A DNA stretch of 64,000 nucleotides from Candidatus Cloacimonadales bacterium (GCA_963677495.2 CAXXOU010000002.1:96001-160000); one strand, 5' to 3'; numbered from the stretch's first letter, positions 9,034 to 19,909 are shown. The notes: a model not told the origin generated them from the letters alone. Numbers and translations are program-made.

Positions 9034-10299
9034 ATGAATGAGAAATTGATAATAAAGAATTTTCTTGCTATTGAGCATGCTGAGGTAGATATTAAACGGT
9101 TCAATGTTATAATTGGACCTCAGGCTAAGGGTAAGAGTGTAATAGCTAAGGTGTTGTATTTCTTTCGGACTGCTATGGAATTTTATCTGGTTAGTTTCGA
9201 TAAGTTTTATGATGAGCAAGCAATCATTGATGAACTTATAAACAAGTTTAGAGAGTGGTTCCCATATTATACATGGAAAGAAAAAAGATTCAACTTAAAT
9301 TATATAATAGGTAGCCACATGTTGTCACTATCAAATGAAATTGATTCACTAAATAATCATGTTTTAGTGATGAGTTTTCCAGATAAGTTCACCACTATAA
9401 GAGATACAATACTTGATGAAAAGAAGAGCGATTCATTACTTATGGAGACTAGCTTAAGTAGTGCATTAAAAAAATCATATTTGAGCGTCGAATTTGCCCG
9501 TGAATTAAGATTGCCTTCAATGGAAACAACTTACATACCAGCTTCAAGATCATTTCTCTCGTTTCTACAAAACAATATGTTCTCTTTTATTCGTGGTAAA
9601 AACAAAGTAGATCCTTTCCTAATAGAATTCGGTAGTATTTATGAGACAGCAAGAAGAGAGTATGAAAGTCTTGGTACGGTATTAGATTTGTTTTTAGAGC
9701 TAGATGTAGGAACGATAGATAAAATAAAGAAGATAATAGAAGAAATAGTTCAGGGTAGGTACGTATTCGAAGATAGAAAGGATTGGATAATTAGCTCCAA
9801 CAATATCCAAAAAACAGAATTATCATATAGCTCCTCAGGACAACAAGAGGCTATACCAATGCTTATTGTTTTAGCATATTTTATGTATATTAAGGATGGT
9901 CAGAATTACCACAATCTATGCCTTTTAGAAGAACCTGAAGCTCATCTATTCCCACAGTCTCAAAATCAAGTAATCTCTATGCTATCACTTTTATATGATG
10001 AACTTAAGACAAATTTCTTCATCACAACCCACAGTCCATATATACTCTCAGCCATCAATAACTTGATCCTTGCTGGTGATACTATAAATGCAGGCAAGAT
10101 GACACGTGAAGAGTTTGAAAAGATTAATGGTCCGAGTGCACCAATAAACCTTGATGATGTAGCAGCATACACTATTGTTGATGGTAAAACTGAGTCAATA
10201 GTTGATTATGATTACAGACTTATTGGGGGAGATATTCTTGATAGTGTATCTGATCATTTTTCCAACGTTATGAATGAGCTGTTGAAACGGGATATGTAG
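9034..10299 (+). CDS. ABC-type ATPase (AAA_15/AAA_21-like), putative defence/TA component
   Basis: Walker A GPQAKGKS, signature SSSGQQE, Walker B LLEEPEAHL, TTHSPY. Confidence 0.85.
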   Translation: MNEKLIIKNFLAIEHAEVDIKRFNVIIGPQAKGKSVIAKVLYFFRTAMEFYLVSFDKFYDEQAIIDELINKFREWFPYYTWKEKRFNLNYIIGSHMLSLSNEIDSLNNHVLVMSFPDKFTTIRDTILDEKKSDSLLMETSLSSALKKSYLSVEFARELRLPSMETTYIPASRSFLSFLQNNMFSFIRGKNKVDPFLIEFGSIYETARREYESLGTVLDLFLELDVGTIDKIKKIIEEIVQGRYVFEDRKDWIISSNNIQKTELSYSSSGQQEAIPMLIVLAYFMYIKDGQNYHNLCLLEEPEAHLFPQSQNQVISMLSLLYDELKTNFFITTHSPYILSAINNLILAGDTINAGKMTREEFEKINGPSAPINLDDVAAYTIVDGKTESIVDYDYRLIGGDILDSVSDHFSNVMNELLKRDM

Positions 10300-10300
10300 A

Positions 10301-10729
10301 ATGGATTGGGTAAAGTGTACAATTGCAAGGAAAGATCCAATAATCACTTTGAAAGAAAATGGTAAAGTCTTTAGGTTAATAAACGAAAACAGAATAGAAG
10401 TGAATGAAATAAAAGTAGATAATTGTTTGATTTGTGATAACAGACAGCGATGCGACTATATCTTGGATTATCCGATCGATGAACAGGGTTATGTATTGTT
10501 AATTGAACTCAAAGGGAATGACGTACCTCATGCAATTGAACAATTGAAAGCTACTTTGAGTCATACAAAATCAAAGTATAGTAAGTATTGTAAATATTGT
10601 TTTATAATCTCCTCAAAGTGGCCAAGAATGAGTACTACTAAACAAAAGATAAAAAAAGACTTCAAGAGACTTGGAGCTTTGTTTGATCAAAAAAACAATG
10701 TGTTTGAGTTCAAGGTTTCTGCATTCTAA
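10301..10729 (+). CDS. Small basic protein with PD-(D/E)xK-like nuclease motif
   Basis: RCDY...LLIELKG....AIEQL; starts 1 nt after the ATPase stop. Confidence 0.6.
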   Translation: MDWVKCTIARKDPIITLKENGKVFRLINENRIEVNEIKVDNCLICDNRQRCDYILDYPIDEQGYVLLIELKGNDVPHAIEQLKATLSHTKSKYSKYCKYCFIISSKWPRMSTTKQKIKKDFKRLGALFDQKNNVFEFKVSAF

Positions 10730-11074
10730 TGCAATCCATTTAGGATTGTAAGAATCCATATACTTTACCATGGGTCGGTTGACACCATCGCTAGTATTAT
10801 GTGTTCCTGTCGGAACAAAAGGTACTTGGTCTGCACCATGTTTCCGAAGAAGTCCGTTTTCGCTCCGCAAGCTCCGCATCTGACAAACTCCTTTAGAAAC
10901 AGGATAATTTACTGAAATATATATAAAGATAAGACACTTCTAACACCTTTTCCATAATCAAATATGATGAAAAAGCCAAAAATATCTTGATTTATATTAA
11001 ATAACTCCAAATATGACATACAGTATTTATAATAGGAAAATATACACATAAACAAGCAAAAGAAGGGAGTAGTG

Positions 11075-12412
11075 ATGAAACTAAAGACATTCCCTGGCGG
11101 GGTTCATCCGCATGATTATAAGGAGTATTCGAAAGATGCTGCTATTGAATCAATGGATCTTCCCCAAAAAGTGGTAATACCGCTTTCACAGCATATTGGA
11201 GCGCCATCCAAGCCTGTTGTAAAAGTGGGGGATGAAGTTAAAACGGGACAGATGATTGCCGAACCGGGTGGATTTGTTTCGATTGCCCAGCATGCTTCTA
11301 TTACCGGAAAAGTGACTAAGATTGCCGAATTCCCACATCCATGTGGTACAACTTCAATGGCTATCGAAATCACCGGTGATGGAGAGACTGATGATTGGGT
11401 AGAACTTGCAAACGACGAGAACTTTATGGATTTACCTGTCGATGAGATGAAAGACAGAGTAAAAAATGCAGGTGTATGTGGAATGGGTGGAGCCGGTTTC
11501 CCGACTCACGTGAAACTTAGCCCTCCTCCTGACAAGAAAATCGATACGGTTATTCTTAACGGTGTTGAGTGTGAACCATTCCTAACAGCTGACTACAGAC
11601 TTATGCTTGAAAGACCGGAAGACATAGTTACCGGTTTGCAATTGGTTATGAAGATTACCGGTGCAGAAAGGGGTATGATCGGTATTGAAGCTAACAAACC
11701 TGATGCAATCAAGATTATGCAAAAAGCTGTAAGCCAGTTTAACAACATAAGTGTTGTTGGACTGAAAGTTCGTTACCCTCAGGGTGGTGAAAAACAGCTT
11801 ATATATGCTGCAACCAAGAGAGCAGTTCCAAACAAAGGCGGACTTCCAATGGATATTGGTGTTGTAGTTCAGAATGTTGGAACAGCAATCGCAATCTATG
11901 AAGCAATTCGTTACAAACGTCCTTGTATTGATAGAATTATTACCATCTCCGGTAGTATCGTAAAAGACCCTAAAAATCTTAATGGAAGAATCGGAACCTC
12001 TTTCCAGTCACTCTTTGAGAAGTGTGGTGGAGCTAAAGAGGAGATTGGTAAAATTATCTCCGGTGGTCCGATGATGGGTTTTGCAATTCCTGACCTTAAT
12101 GCTCCAATGGCTAAAGGCTCATCAGGTTTACTTTTCTTCAACAAGAAGATGGCTAAACTTGATAAAGAGCATACATGTCTCCGTTGCGGAAGATGTGTTG
12201 ATGTATGCCCTCACAACCTTATCCCAAGCATGATATCTAATGCTGCTAAAAACGAAGCATGGGAGATGGCTGAGAAAGCAGGAGCTATGGATTGTATGAA
12301 ATGCGGTACATGTGCCTATGTATGCCCTGCCCAGATTAAAATGGTGCAGTGGATAGACATAGCTAAAGTTAACGTCGGACGCATAATGCGTGAAAGACAA
12401 GAGAAGAAATAG
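11075..12412 (+). CDS. rnfC: Rnf complex subunit C
   Basis: GGVHP, QHIGAP, GMGGAGFPT, ECEPFLTAD, two 4Fe-4S motifs. Confidence 0.95.
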   Translation: MKLKTFPGGVHPHDYKEYSKDAAIESMDLPQKVVIPLSQHIGAPSKPVVKVGDEVKTGQMIAEPGGFVSIAQHASITGKVTKIAEFPHPCGTTSMAIEITGDGETDDWVELANDENFMDLPVDEMKDRVKNAGVCGMGGAGFPTHVKLSPPPDKKIDTVILNGVECEPFLTADYRLMLERPEDIVTGLQLVMKITGAERGMIGIEANKPDAIKIMQKAVSQFNNISVVGLKVRYPQGGEKQLIYAATKRAVPNKGGLPMDIGVVVQNVGTAIAIYEAIRYKRPCIDRIITISGSIVKDPKNLNGRIGTSFQSLFEKCGGAKEEIGKIISGGPMMGFAIPDLNAPMAKGSSGLLFFNKKMAKLDKEHTCLRCGRCVDVCPHNLIPSMISNAAKNEAWEMAEKAGAMDCMKCGTCAYVCPAQIKMVQWIDIAKVNVGRIMRERQEKK

Positions 12413-12424
12413 GCCGGAGGATAA

Positions 12425-13492
12425 ATGGAGAATAGATTTAAAGTATCCGCTGCCCCTCATCTGCATGACAAGTCAACCGTGTCCAACGTTATGTGGCAGG
12501 TTGTTATTGCACTTGTTCCTGCTTTGATTGCAGCAGTATATTTCTACGGCATCAATGCCTTGTTACTCACAGTATACGGTGTAGTTGCTGCTGTTGTAAC
12601 AGAATTCCTTATTCAAAAATGGAGAAAAGTTCCTGTGACTATCGCTGATGGTTCAGCTGTTCTTACAGGCTTACTCCTCACATATAACCTTCATGCCGGT
12701 GCACCTTGGTGGCTTCCGGTTGTGGGTTCAGTATTTGCTATTGCCATTGGTAAACAGGTATTCGGTGGATTGGGTAATAACCCTGTGAATCCTGCTCTTC
12801 TTGCAAGAGCTTTCCTTGTTGCCTCATGGCCAACATTAACAACTTCCGGTTGGGTAGCACCAAAGAATGGTATCCTTAGCGGAATCACATGCCTTGAAGG
12901 TCTCGGTTCAAAAGCTGAAGCACTTATTACATCTTCAACTCCTCTCGGTGTTGCAAAGATGCTTCGTGACTCAGACTTTGTTGCCGGACTTGGCAGTGGA
13001 GAAGGTGCTAAGATATTTAACGCTCTTTTTGACTCATCTACACTACAACACCTATTCTGGGGTAATATCGGTGGTGTGATTGGTGAAGTTTCAGCGTTTG
13101 CTCTTCTTCTCGGTGCAGCATGGCTTATCTACAAAAACATTATTGAGTGGAGAATCCCTGTAGCTTACATGGCTACTGTTTTCTTCCTTACCTTTATCTT
13201 TGGTGGAATCAAAGGTTTAGGTCAGTTCTCACTTCTTTTACCTGTATTCCACGTACTTGCAGGTGGTATGGTTCTCGGTGCCTTCTTTATGGCTACCGAT
13301 TATGTAACCTCGCCAATGACGAAGCTTGGACGTATATACTTTGGTATTGGTTGTGGTCTCCTAACAGTTGTTATCCGTCTTATCGGTGGATATCCTGAGG
13401 GTGTTTCTTACTCAATCTTGCTTATGAACCTGGCAGTTCCACTTATCGACAGATGGACACTTCCTAAACCATTTGGTGGGAGGAAGAAATAA
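12425..13492 (+). CDS. rnfD: Rnf complex subunit D
   Basis: KQVFGGLGNNPVNPAL, S-TPL FMN site, GAFFMATDYVTSP. Confidence 0.95.
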   Translation: MENRFKVSAAPHLHDKSTVSNVMWQVVIALVPALIAAVYFYGINALLLTVYGVVAAVVTEFLIQKWRKVPVTIADGSAVLTGLLLTYNLHAGAPWWLPVVGSVFAIAIGKQVFGGLGNNPVNPALLARAFLVASWPTLTTSGWVAPKNGILSGITCLEGLGSKAEALITSSTPLGVAKMLRDSDFVAGLGSGEGAKIFNALFDSSTLQHLFWGNIGGVIGEVSAFALLLGAAWLIYKNIIEWRIPVAYMATVFFLTFIFGGIKGLGQFSLLLPVFHVLAGGMVLGAFFMATDYVTSPMTKLGRIYFGIGCGLLTVVIRLIGGYPEGVSYSILLMNLAVPLIDRWTLPKPFGGRKK

Positions 13493-14061
13493 TGAAGTAT
13501 TATCTTAAACTTGGTTTTATCCTTCTGGCAGTATGTGCTGTTGCGACAGGTATTCTTGCTTATCTCAATACAGTTACTGCTCCAATGATTGCTGAAGTGA
13601 AAAGAATTGACGCTGAGAATGCTCGTAAAGAAGTTATGCCTGATGCTACATCTTTTGAGAAGCAGTTCTTAGTCGATGGTTCTGAGAATGATACAGACAT
13701 CTACTTCATTGCGAAGAACGATGCCGGTGAGATGGTTGGTTATGTAATCACTGTTTCTAAGTATGGTTATAGTAGTGATGTTAAAACTGTTGTTGGTTTA
13801 AAGCAAGACCTTTCAATCAACAAAATCAAAGTTATCGAACAAGCAGAGACTCCTGGGCTTGGTGCAAAGGCATCACTTCCTGAGTTTGCTGATAAATTCA
13901 ATGGCAAGAAGCTTCCTCAGTTGTTAGTAGACAAGGACGGTGGTGAGATAGTATCTATTACAGGTGCAACAATCACAACCAGAACTATCACTGTTTCAAT
14001 CAATGAGGGCATTGTAAAGCTTCAAGCTAAACTCGCTAATGCGGAGGTAACAAATGAGTAA
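13492..14061 (+). CDS. rnfG: Rnf complex subunit G
   Basis: N-terminal TM, ETPGLG, ITGATIT FMN motif. Confidence 0.95.
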   Translation: MKYYLKLGFILLAVCAVATGILAYLNTVTAPMIAEVKRIDAENARKEVMPDATSFEKQFLVDGSENDTDIYFIAKNDAGEMVGYVITVSKYGYSSDVKTVVGLKQDLSINKIKVIEQAETPGLGAKASLPEFADKFNGKKLPQLLVDKDGGEIVSITGATITTRTITVSINEGIVKLQAKLANAEVTNE

Positions 14062-14650
14062 TATGAAAGTATTAACAGATGGTTTCATCAAAGAGAATCC
14101 GGTGTTTATCCTTGTTTTGGGTATGTGTCCTACTCTTGCTGTAACCTCCTCAGTAATGAACTCCTTGGGAATGGGGCTATCAGCAACATTTGTGTTGATC
14201 TGCTCAAACATAATTGTTTCTCTGATTAAGGGTTTCACACCTGCTAAAATCAGAATTCCTGTGTTTATTGTTGTTATTGCTACATTCGTGACAATCGTTG
14301 ATATGACTATGGGTGCTTTCTTACCTGCTTTACACAAATCACTCGGACTGTTCATACCACTTATTGTGGTGAACTGTGTGATTCTCGGTAGAGCTGAAGC
14401 ATTCGCAAGTAAGAACAATGTATTTAAATCTCTTCTTGATGGTATCGGGATGGGACTTGGTTTTACATTTGCTCTTGTAGTTATCGGTGCTATTCGTGAA
14501 GTATTGGGTGCAGGTAAATTCCTTGATATCCCTGTTCTTCCTGAAGCATATATTCAGTCACCAATGCTTGTTGCAATTCTTGCTCCGGGTGCCTTCATCA
14601 CAGTTGGTTTCCTCATGGCATTAATCAACATGTTAAAGAAAGAGAAGTAG
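14054..14650 (+). CDS. rnfE: Rnf complex subunit E
   Basis: LGMCPTLAVT, IPLIVVNCVILGRAEAFA. Confidence 0.95.
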   Translation: MSNMKVLTDGFIKENPVFILVLGMCPTLAVTSSVMNSLGMGLSATFVLICSNIIVSLIKGFTPAKIRIPVFIVVIATFVTIVDMTMGAFLPALHKSLGLFIPLIVVNCVILGRAEAFASKNNVFKSLLDGIGMGLGFTFALVVIGAIREVLGAGKFLDIPVLPEAYIQSPMLVAILAPGAFITVGFLMALINMLKKEK

Positions 14651-14659
14651 GAGATACAG

Positions 14660-15265
14660 ATGGAATTTTTAGCTAGAATGATGGTCATGGCTGTTGGAGC
14701 TATCTTTGTTCAGAACTTTGTTCTTGCCCGTTTCCTTGGTCTGTGCCCTTATCTCGGTGTATCCAAGAAACTTGATTCAGCTTTCGGTATGGGAATGGCA
14801 GTTATTTTTGTTATGACCATGGCGTCAGCGATTACATATCTTATTCAGGTATACTTGCTTGTTCCACATGGACTGCAATACCTGCAAACAATTGCTTTCA
14901 TCCTGACCATTGCGACGCTTGTGCAGTTTGTGGAGATGGTTATTCAGAAGAACTCACCGTCACTTTATAAGTCACTTGGTGTGTTCCTTCCGTTGATCAC
15001 AACAAACTGTGCTGTACTCGGTGTGGCAATACTTAACACTACAGCAAAGTGGCCTGACGGTTCAGCATATAATTTCTTGGATGCAGTTCTCAATGGTTTC
15101 TTCTCAGGTGTTGGTTTTACACTCGTACTTGTGCTAATGGCCGGAATAAGAGAAAGATTAGAATTCGCAAACGTTCCCAAGAGCATGAAAGGTATGCCGG
15201 TGTCCCTGATCGTTGCAGGTGCTATGGCTCTTGCCTTCCTTGGCTTCTCCGGGCTTAAGATGTAG
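14660..15265 (+). CDS. rnfA: Rnf complex subunit A
   Basis: [23 protein letters not shown]. Confidence 0.95.
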   Translation: MEFLARMMVMAVGAIFVQNFVLARFLGLCPYLGVSKKLDSAFGMGMAVIFVMTMASAITYLIQVYLLVPHGLQYLQTIAFILTIATLVQFVEMVIQKNSPSLYKSLGVFLPLITTNCAVLGVAILNTTAKWPDGSAYNFLDAVLNGFFSGVGFTLVLVLMAGIRERLEFANVPKSMKGMPVSLIVAGAMALAFLGFSGLKM

Positions 15266-15273
15266 GAGGAACC

Positions 15274-16260
15274 ATGACATTATTATTACCAGTAATTATA
15301 ATCGGTGCTCTTGGCTTGTTATATGGAATCGGACTTGCTATTGCTTCTGTTGCTTTCCACGTTGAAGTAGACCCTCGAGTAGAGAAGATACTCGATGCAC
15401 TTCCAGGTGCTAACTGTGGTGCATGTGGAAAACCCGGTTGTGGTGGTTATGCTGAAGCAATCGTAGAAGAGGGTGTTGATATCTCTCTTTGTGCTCCCGG
15501 TGGTGCTTCTACAATCCAGGCTATAGCTGAGATTATGGGAATGCAGGCAAGTGAAACAGTGAAGAAGATTGCTTATATCCATTGCTCATGTGGTGGAAAT
15601 GACAACACTAAATTCAAGTTTGAGTATGATGGCGTTCCTACATGTAAATCAGCTGTAATGGTTGCAAATGGTCCAAACATGTGCTCATTCGGCTGTGTTG
15701 GCTTCAATGATTGTGTAGCTGCATGTCCTTTTGATGCTTTCATTATTGATGAAAACAACAACCGAATCATCGATCCTGATAAGTGTACTGCTTGTGGTGC
15801 ATGTGTTCGTGCATGTCCTCGTAGTCTTATCGAGATAGTTAAGTTTGAACAGCAAGTTATGATTGAATGCTCAAACAAAGAGAAAGGCATTGCTGCTAAG
15901 AACAATTGTGGTACAACAAAAGGTTGTATTGGTTGCGGTCTTTGTGCTCGTGCATGTCCTGTTGACGCTATCACAATGGAAGGTAATCTCGCGATTATCG
16001 ATTATGATAAGTGTATCAATTGTGGACTTTGTGCTACTAAGTGCCCTACTAAAGCAATTGAAGACAAGCTTGCAGGTAAACGTAAGAAAGCTAAGATTAT
16101 CGACGATAAGTGTATTGGATGTACAATCTGTGCTAAGAAGTGTCCTGTAGATGCTATCACAGGTGAATTAAAGCAGCTTCATACAATAGACGAAAGTAAA
16201 TGTATTGGTTGCGAAATCTGTTATGAAAAGTGTCCTAAGAAAGCCATTGAGATGGTTTAG
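15274..16260 (+). CDS. rnfB: Rnf complex subunit B (polyferredoxin type)
   Basis: [14 protein letters not shown] plus several CxxCxxCxxxCP motifs. Confidence 0.95.
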   Translation: MTLLLPVIIIGALGLLYGIGLAIASVAFHVEVDPRVEKILDALPGANCGACGKPGCGGYAEAIVEEGVDISLCAPGGASTIQAIAEIMGMQASETVKKIAYIHCSCGGNDNTKFKFEYDGVPTCKSAVMVANGPNMCSFGCVGFNDCVAACPFDAFIIDENNNRIIDPDKCTACGACVRACPRSLIEIVKFEQQVMIECSNKEKGIAAKNNCGTTKGCIGCGLCARACPVDAITMEGNLAIIDYDKCINCGLCATKCPTKAIEDKLAGKRKKAKIIDDKCIGCTICAKKCPVDAITGELKQLHTIDESKCIGCEICYEKCPKKAIEMV

Positions 16261-16277
16261 GACTTAACTATATAGTA

Positions 16278-16313
16278 AAAAAGGCACCCCTTCCGGCGAA
16301 GAGGTGTCTTTTT
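16278..16313 (+). terminator. Terminator after rnf operon
   Basis: AAAAAGGCACC-CTTC...GAAGAGGTGTC followed by T-run. Confidence 0.7.
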
Positions 16314-16330
16314 CACCTTTCAAAGGCAAT

Positions 16331-17170
16331 ATGAAAATCGTATCAAAACTTCAGTCAGGCCTACTCTTAATAATCATCCTATTTGCAATAGTTACAAACG
16401 GATGTGAGAAAAAAGAGGAGATACCTTTCTCTATGCAGGAAAGGCAGGCATTCTCGACTCTAAAAGTAAATCTTAGACGTCAGCTTGATGATCTTACACT
16501 CACAGCTGAGAAGGTCTCACGCTTCTTTTTACCACCCGGTATTAGTGAAGAGAAGATGAGGAGTTATCTACTGGCGGGAGTTGATGCCAGAGACTATATC
16601 ATCTCGTGTGGTCTTATATCCCCTGAAGGTACAATGCTTTATGTTGAACCGAAAGAGTTCAGACAACCGGAAGGTTTACTACTAAGTAAATCTGAGAAGT
16701 TCATATATGTAAAAGAGCAGAATAAACCTTATATGACCTCACTGATTAAGGGGCACAAAGGTATTTTATTACAAGAGTATCTCATTCCTGTGTATAATGC
16801 GGGGAATGAGTTTATTGGTGTTTTGACATTGCTTATTGATACATCAAAACTACTTGACTTTATTGCCTGGTTACCTGAACTTAATACAATAAACCTGCTG
16901 ATGTTTGAGACAGATGGAGCGTTAATATTCAATAACCGTACCGGAAAACTCGGTGGAAATAATCTTAACAATCTTAAAGCTGAGGGAGCCGAACAGTTAG
17001 TAGATCTTATCAAAAGGGCACAAACCGAGGAGTCAGGAAGCTCCTATTACTACCTTTTTGATGAGCTTTACGACATGGAGTTCAGATACTATGCTCAATG
17101 GCTAACAGTACCGTTATCCGGTCGTGAATGGAGAATCTTTATGAATACGGAGTATGAAATTGAAGAATAG
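16331..17170 (+). CDS. Putative lipoprotein with Cache-like sensor domain
   Basis: Hydrophobic signal ending TNGC; PYMTSLI..IPVYN..FIGVL resembles a Cache domain; no cytoplasmic output domain. Confidence 0.5.
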   Translation: MKIVSKLQSGLLLIIILFAIVTNGCEKKEEIPFSMQERQAFSTLKVNLRRQLDDLTLTAEKVSRFFLPPGISEEKMRSYLLAGVDARDYIISCGLISPEGTMLYVEPKEFRQPEGLLLSKSEKFIYVKEQNKPYMTSLIKGHKGILLQEYLIPVYNAGNEFIGVLTLLIDTSKLLDFIAWLPELNTINLLMFETDGALIFNNRTGKLGGNNLNNLKAEGAEQLVDLIKRAQTEESGSSYYYLFDELYDMEFRYYAQWLTVPLSGREWRIFMNTEYEIEE

Positions 17171-17987
17171 TTTAATTGTTTTATTAGCATTGCTACTTGT
17201 AGCTTGTGGGATTAGCTCTGAGAAGAAGGGCAAAGGGATCGTTGTAATCTCTCCTGAAGTTGCAGAGATTATTGCAGAACTCGGTGCTGTTGATGAGATA
17301 GTAGCTGCCACGGATGAGTGTACTTGGCCTGAAACGCTCAAAGAGAAGCCAAGTGTAGGGAAGTTCGGTGAGATAAAGATGGAGGAGATTATTAAGCTCA
17401 ATCCTGCTACTGTCTTCACTACTGAACTTGAGCAACAGGATCTTGCTGATAACCTTGAAAAACTTGGAATTAAAGTTGTACGTATCTATCCTAAATCTGT
17501 AAGCGATGTTTATGTAGCAATTGATAAGATTGCTTCTATTATTGGTAGAGAGAAGGAAGCCAAAGTACTAAACACAAAGCTTAGAACTGAGGTAACAAAG
17601 TACAAAGATACTATCAAAAATAGACCTGATGTTTATCTGGAGATATGGAATAATCCACTTATGAGTGTAACTGATAACTCATTTGTAGGGGAACTTATTG
17701 AAATAGCCGGTGGCAACAATATATTCACAGAACTGGAGAGAGACTATTCCCGTGTAAAACCTGAGAAGGTTATTACTGCTAATCCGGATGTGATACTAAC
17801 ATTCTCGAAGACTGACTTAGATGATTTCAAAGCTCGTAAGGGTTGGGATGGAATCAAAGCTGTAAAGTCAGGTGCAGTATTCGGTGATGAAGTTGTTAAT
17901 CCAGATCATATCTTCCGTGCCGGTCCCAGGTTCGTGCTTGGACTTAACGAACTAAACGAAATATTCAGGAAGTATGAAACAAAATAA
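17154..17987 (+). CDS. Cobalamin/Fe-siderophore ABC substrate-binding lipoprotein (BtuF-like)
   Basis: Lipobox LVAC; VVISPEVAEII, EEIIKLNP, AGGNNIF, RAGPR. Confidence 0.85.
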   Translation: MKLKNSLIVLLALLLVACGISSEKKGKGIVVISPEVAEIIAELGAVDEIVAATDECTWPETLKEKPSVGKFGEIKMEEIIKLNPATVFTTELEQQDLADNLEKLGIKVVRIYPKSVSDVYVAIDKIASIIGREKEAKVLNTKLRTEVTKYKDTIKNRPDVYLEIWNNPLMSVTDNSFVGELIEIAGGNNIFTELERDYSRVKPEKVITANPDVILTFSKTDLDDFKARKGWDGIKAVKSGAVFGDEVVNPDHIFRAGPRFVLGLNELNEIFRKYETK

Positions 17988-18903
17988 GCTTTATCTTTCT
18001 ACAGGCATTATTGCAATACTGGGAGCAGTACTCATCTATCTGTTTCTAACTTTTAAAGCTGACTCACAACTTATCATAATGCAAGTACGCTTACCCAGAT
18101 TACTTCTTGGTCTTTTAGTTGGTGCTGTACTCGCAGGTTGTGGCTCTATCTATCAGATGATGCTCAACAATCCTTTAGCAGAACCGTATATTCTAGGAAT
18201 ATCATCGGGTAGTGCTTTCTTTGCAACTTTGGCAGGGCTATCTGGTATGATTTGGTTTATGCCGATTGCAGGATTTTCCGGTGCCTTACTGACAATGGTG
18301 ATTGTCTGGAGTATAGCTCATATAGGTGGGTGGAGAGATAGCTCCAAACTACTGCTTTCCGGTATTATAGCCGGCATGTTCTTCTCTGCTTGTATATCGC
18401 TCCTTATGTATCTTAATCAACAGGATATTGGCATAATTATCAATGTCCTAATGGGTAATCTTGGAAGAGTGTTTACTAATACAGAGTGGCAAGCATTCAC
18501 AACCATTGGGATTATCTCAGTTCTCTTGCTTGTTTATCTATATCTTTTATCCTTGAAACTTAATATTGTAAGTACCGGTGATCTTTCAGCCGGAAGTCTT
18601 GGAATAAACGTAAAACGACTCCGTCTGCAGATTTTTGTGATTACCTCACTCCTTATAGGTATAACAGTATCTTTTGCAGGTATTATAGGCTTTATCGGAC
18701 TTATAATCCCACATATCGTAAGGATGCTAACAGGCCCTGACCAAAAGAAGGTCTATCCTCTAAGTATTTTAGTAGGTTCACTTTTCCTACTCCTCTGCGA
18801 TTTTCTTTCCATGCATATCGCAGTCATGGAACTCCCCGTTGGAATCATCACATCCTTCCTCGGAGCCCCTTTCTTCGTCTATATTATGGTGAAGAGTAGG
18901 TAG
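17974..18903 (+). CDS. FecCD/BtuC-family ABC permease
   Basis: RLPRLL, NNPLAEPYILGISSG, GIIGFIGLIIPH, ELPVGIITS.LGAPFF. Confidence 0.9.
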   Translation: MKQNKLYLSTGIIAILGAVLIYLFLTFKADSQLIIMQVRLPRLLLGLLVGAVLAGCGSIYQMMLNNPLAEPYILGISSGSAFFATLAGLSGMIWFMPIAGFSGALLTMVIVWSIAHIGGWRDSSKLLLSGIIAGMFFSACISLLMYLNQQDIGIIINVLMGNLGRVFTNTEWQAFTTIGIISVLLLVYLYLLSLKLNIVSTGDLSAGSLGINVKRLRLQIFVITSLLIGITVSFAGIIGFIGLIIPHIVRMLTGPDQKKVYPLSILVGSLFLLLCDFLSMHIAVMELPVGIITSFLGAPFFVYIMVKSR

Positions 18904-18911
18904 TTTGGGAG

Positions 18912-19272
18912 TGCATCATCTGCGTTGATGCATGAATTGCATGGCAATTCCATGTTTATCCTCAACATTTCGAACCCTAAGATGTCTCCACGAGGAAAAC
19001 TTCAATCAATGTTACCTTCCCGATAGGGAAGCATAATAATAGCAATGGGTGTAAACCCATGGATGCGAAATCCTATTACCCAATTCAATGGTAATAAATC
19101 TAAACTAATGCCAATCACATATCTTATGACAGGCTTCCCCAGAACCCCTACTTTCAAGTAGGGGACAGGGAACCACTATAGAACAGATTCCACTCCAGCC
19201 GATTCGCAGAATCGGCTGGAGTGGAATCTGGCAAGTTTGTTTGGAAATCTGCCACCAGATGAATCTGGTGGT
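18912..19272. repeat. Cluster of distinct hairpins between convergent genes
   Basis: Perfect 22-bp stem 19184-19205/19209-19230; CCCCTACT..AGTAGGGG; CCACCAGAT..ATCTGGTGG; ATGGGT..ACCCAT. Confidence 0.75.
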
Positions 19273-19309
19273 TCTAGGGAGCATTATAGACCTTTTACAA
19301 TAGAATCAG

Positions 19310-19909
19310 TTAAAACAACTGGAAGTTATAACTTATTGATAATGTCTGTGTGTTGCTGATAATACTGCTCCCATTCTTTTCCTCTTCAGGATTAGATATC
19401 ATCCAGTTTAAGTTAACGCGATGATGTTTTGATATTTCATATCCTAGTTCGATGAAATAACCTATTCCGTTTAGGGTTTCATAATCATCTTCGAATAGCT
19501 CAGCCCAATCAGAGAATCCAAAACCTGACCCAAAATAACATTTATCCAGAACATCATAATTCGTTTTGTTCTTTAGAAAGATGTTTAATCCAAAAGCATG
19601 TAAGTGGTTCGATACTGTAGCTTCCCTATCTGAGGAATATTCCACTTTGAACCATGATATTTTTTCCACTATGTATATTTCAATATTATTGTCAGGGGAG
19701 TAACCTAGTTTTAGTTGTGTGAAAAGTGCTGGCTCGATTTCAGTCGGAGTCTCAGCTGTAATGAAATCAGAATCAATTTTAAAATTAAAGGATGTACGTG
19801 CTGCACCAATACCTCCGGTTATAAAGAACCCTTTACTCTCTTCGTTAAAGAAGCCAAATATCGGTACTATAAGTAAGCAAGTAGTAATTAATATGATTAT
19901 TCGTTTCAT
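19310..19909 (-). CDS. Outer-membrane beta-barrel protein
   Basis: Signal peptide, alternating beta-strand pattern, C-terminal ISYNFQLF. Confidence 0.65.
   Translation of the reverse strand: MKRIIILITTCLLIVPIFGFFNEESKGFFITGGIGAARTSFNFKIDSDFITAETPTEIEPALFTQLKLGYSPDNNIEIYIVEKISWFKVEYSSDREATVSNHLHAFGLNIFLKNKTNYDVLDKCYFGSGFGFSDWAELFEDDYETLNGIGYFIELGYEISKHHRVNLNWMISNPEEEKNGSSIISNTQTLSISYNFQLF

Noticed and set aside
16261..17153. Cobalamin riboswitch upstream of the btu-like genes
   Set aside because: The region is a terminator plus coding sequence; no B12-box motifs recognised.
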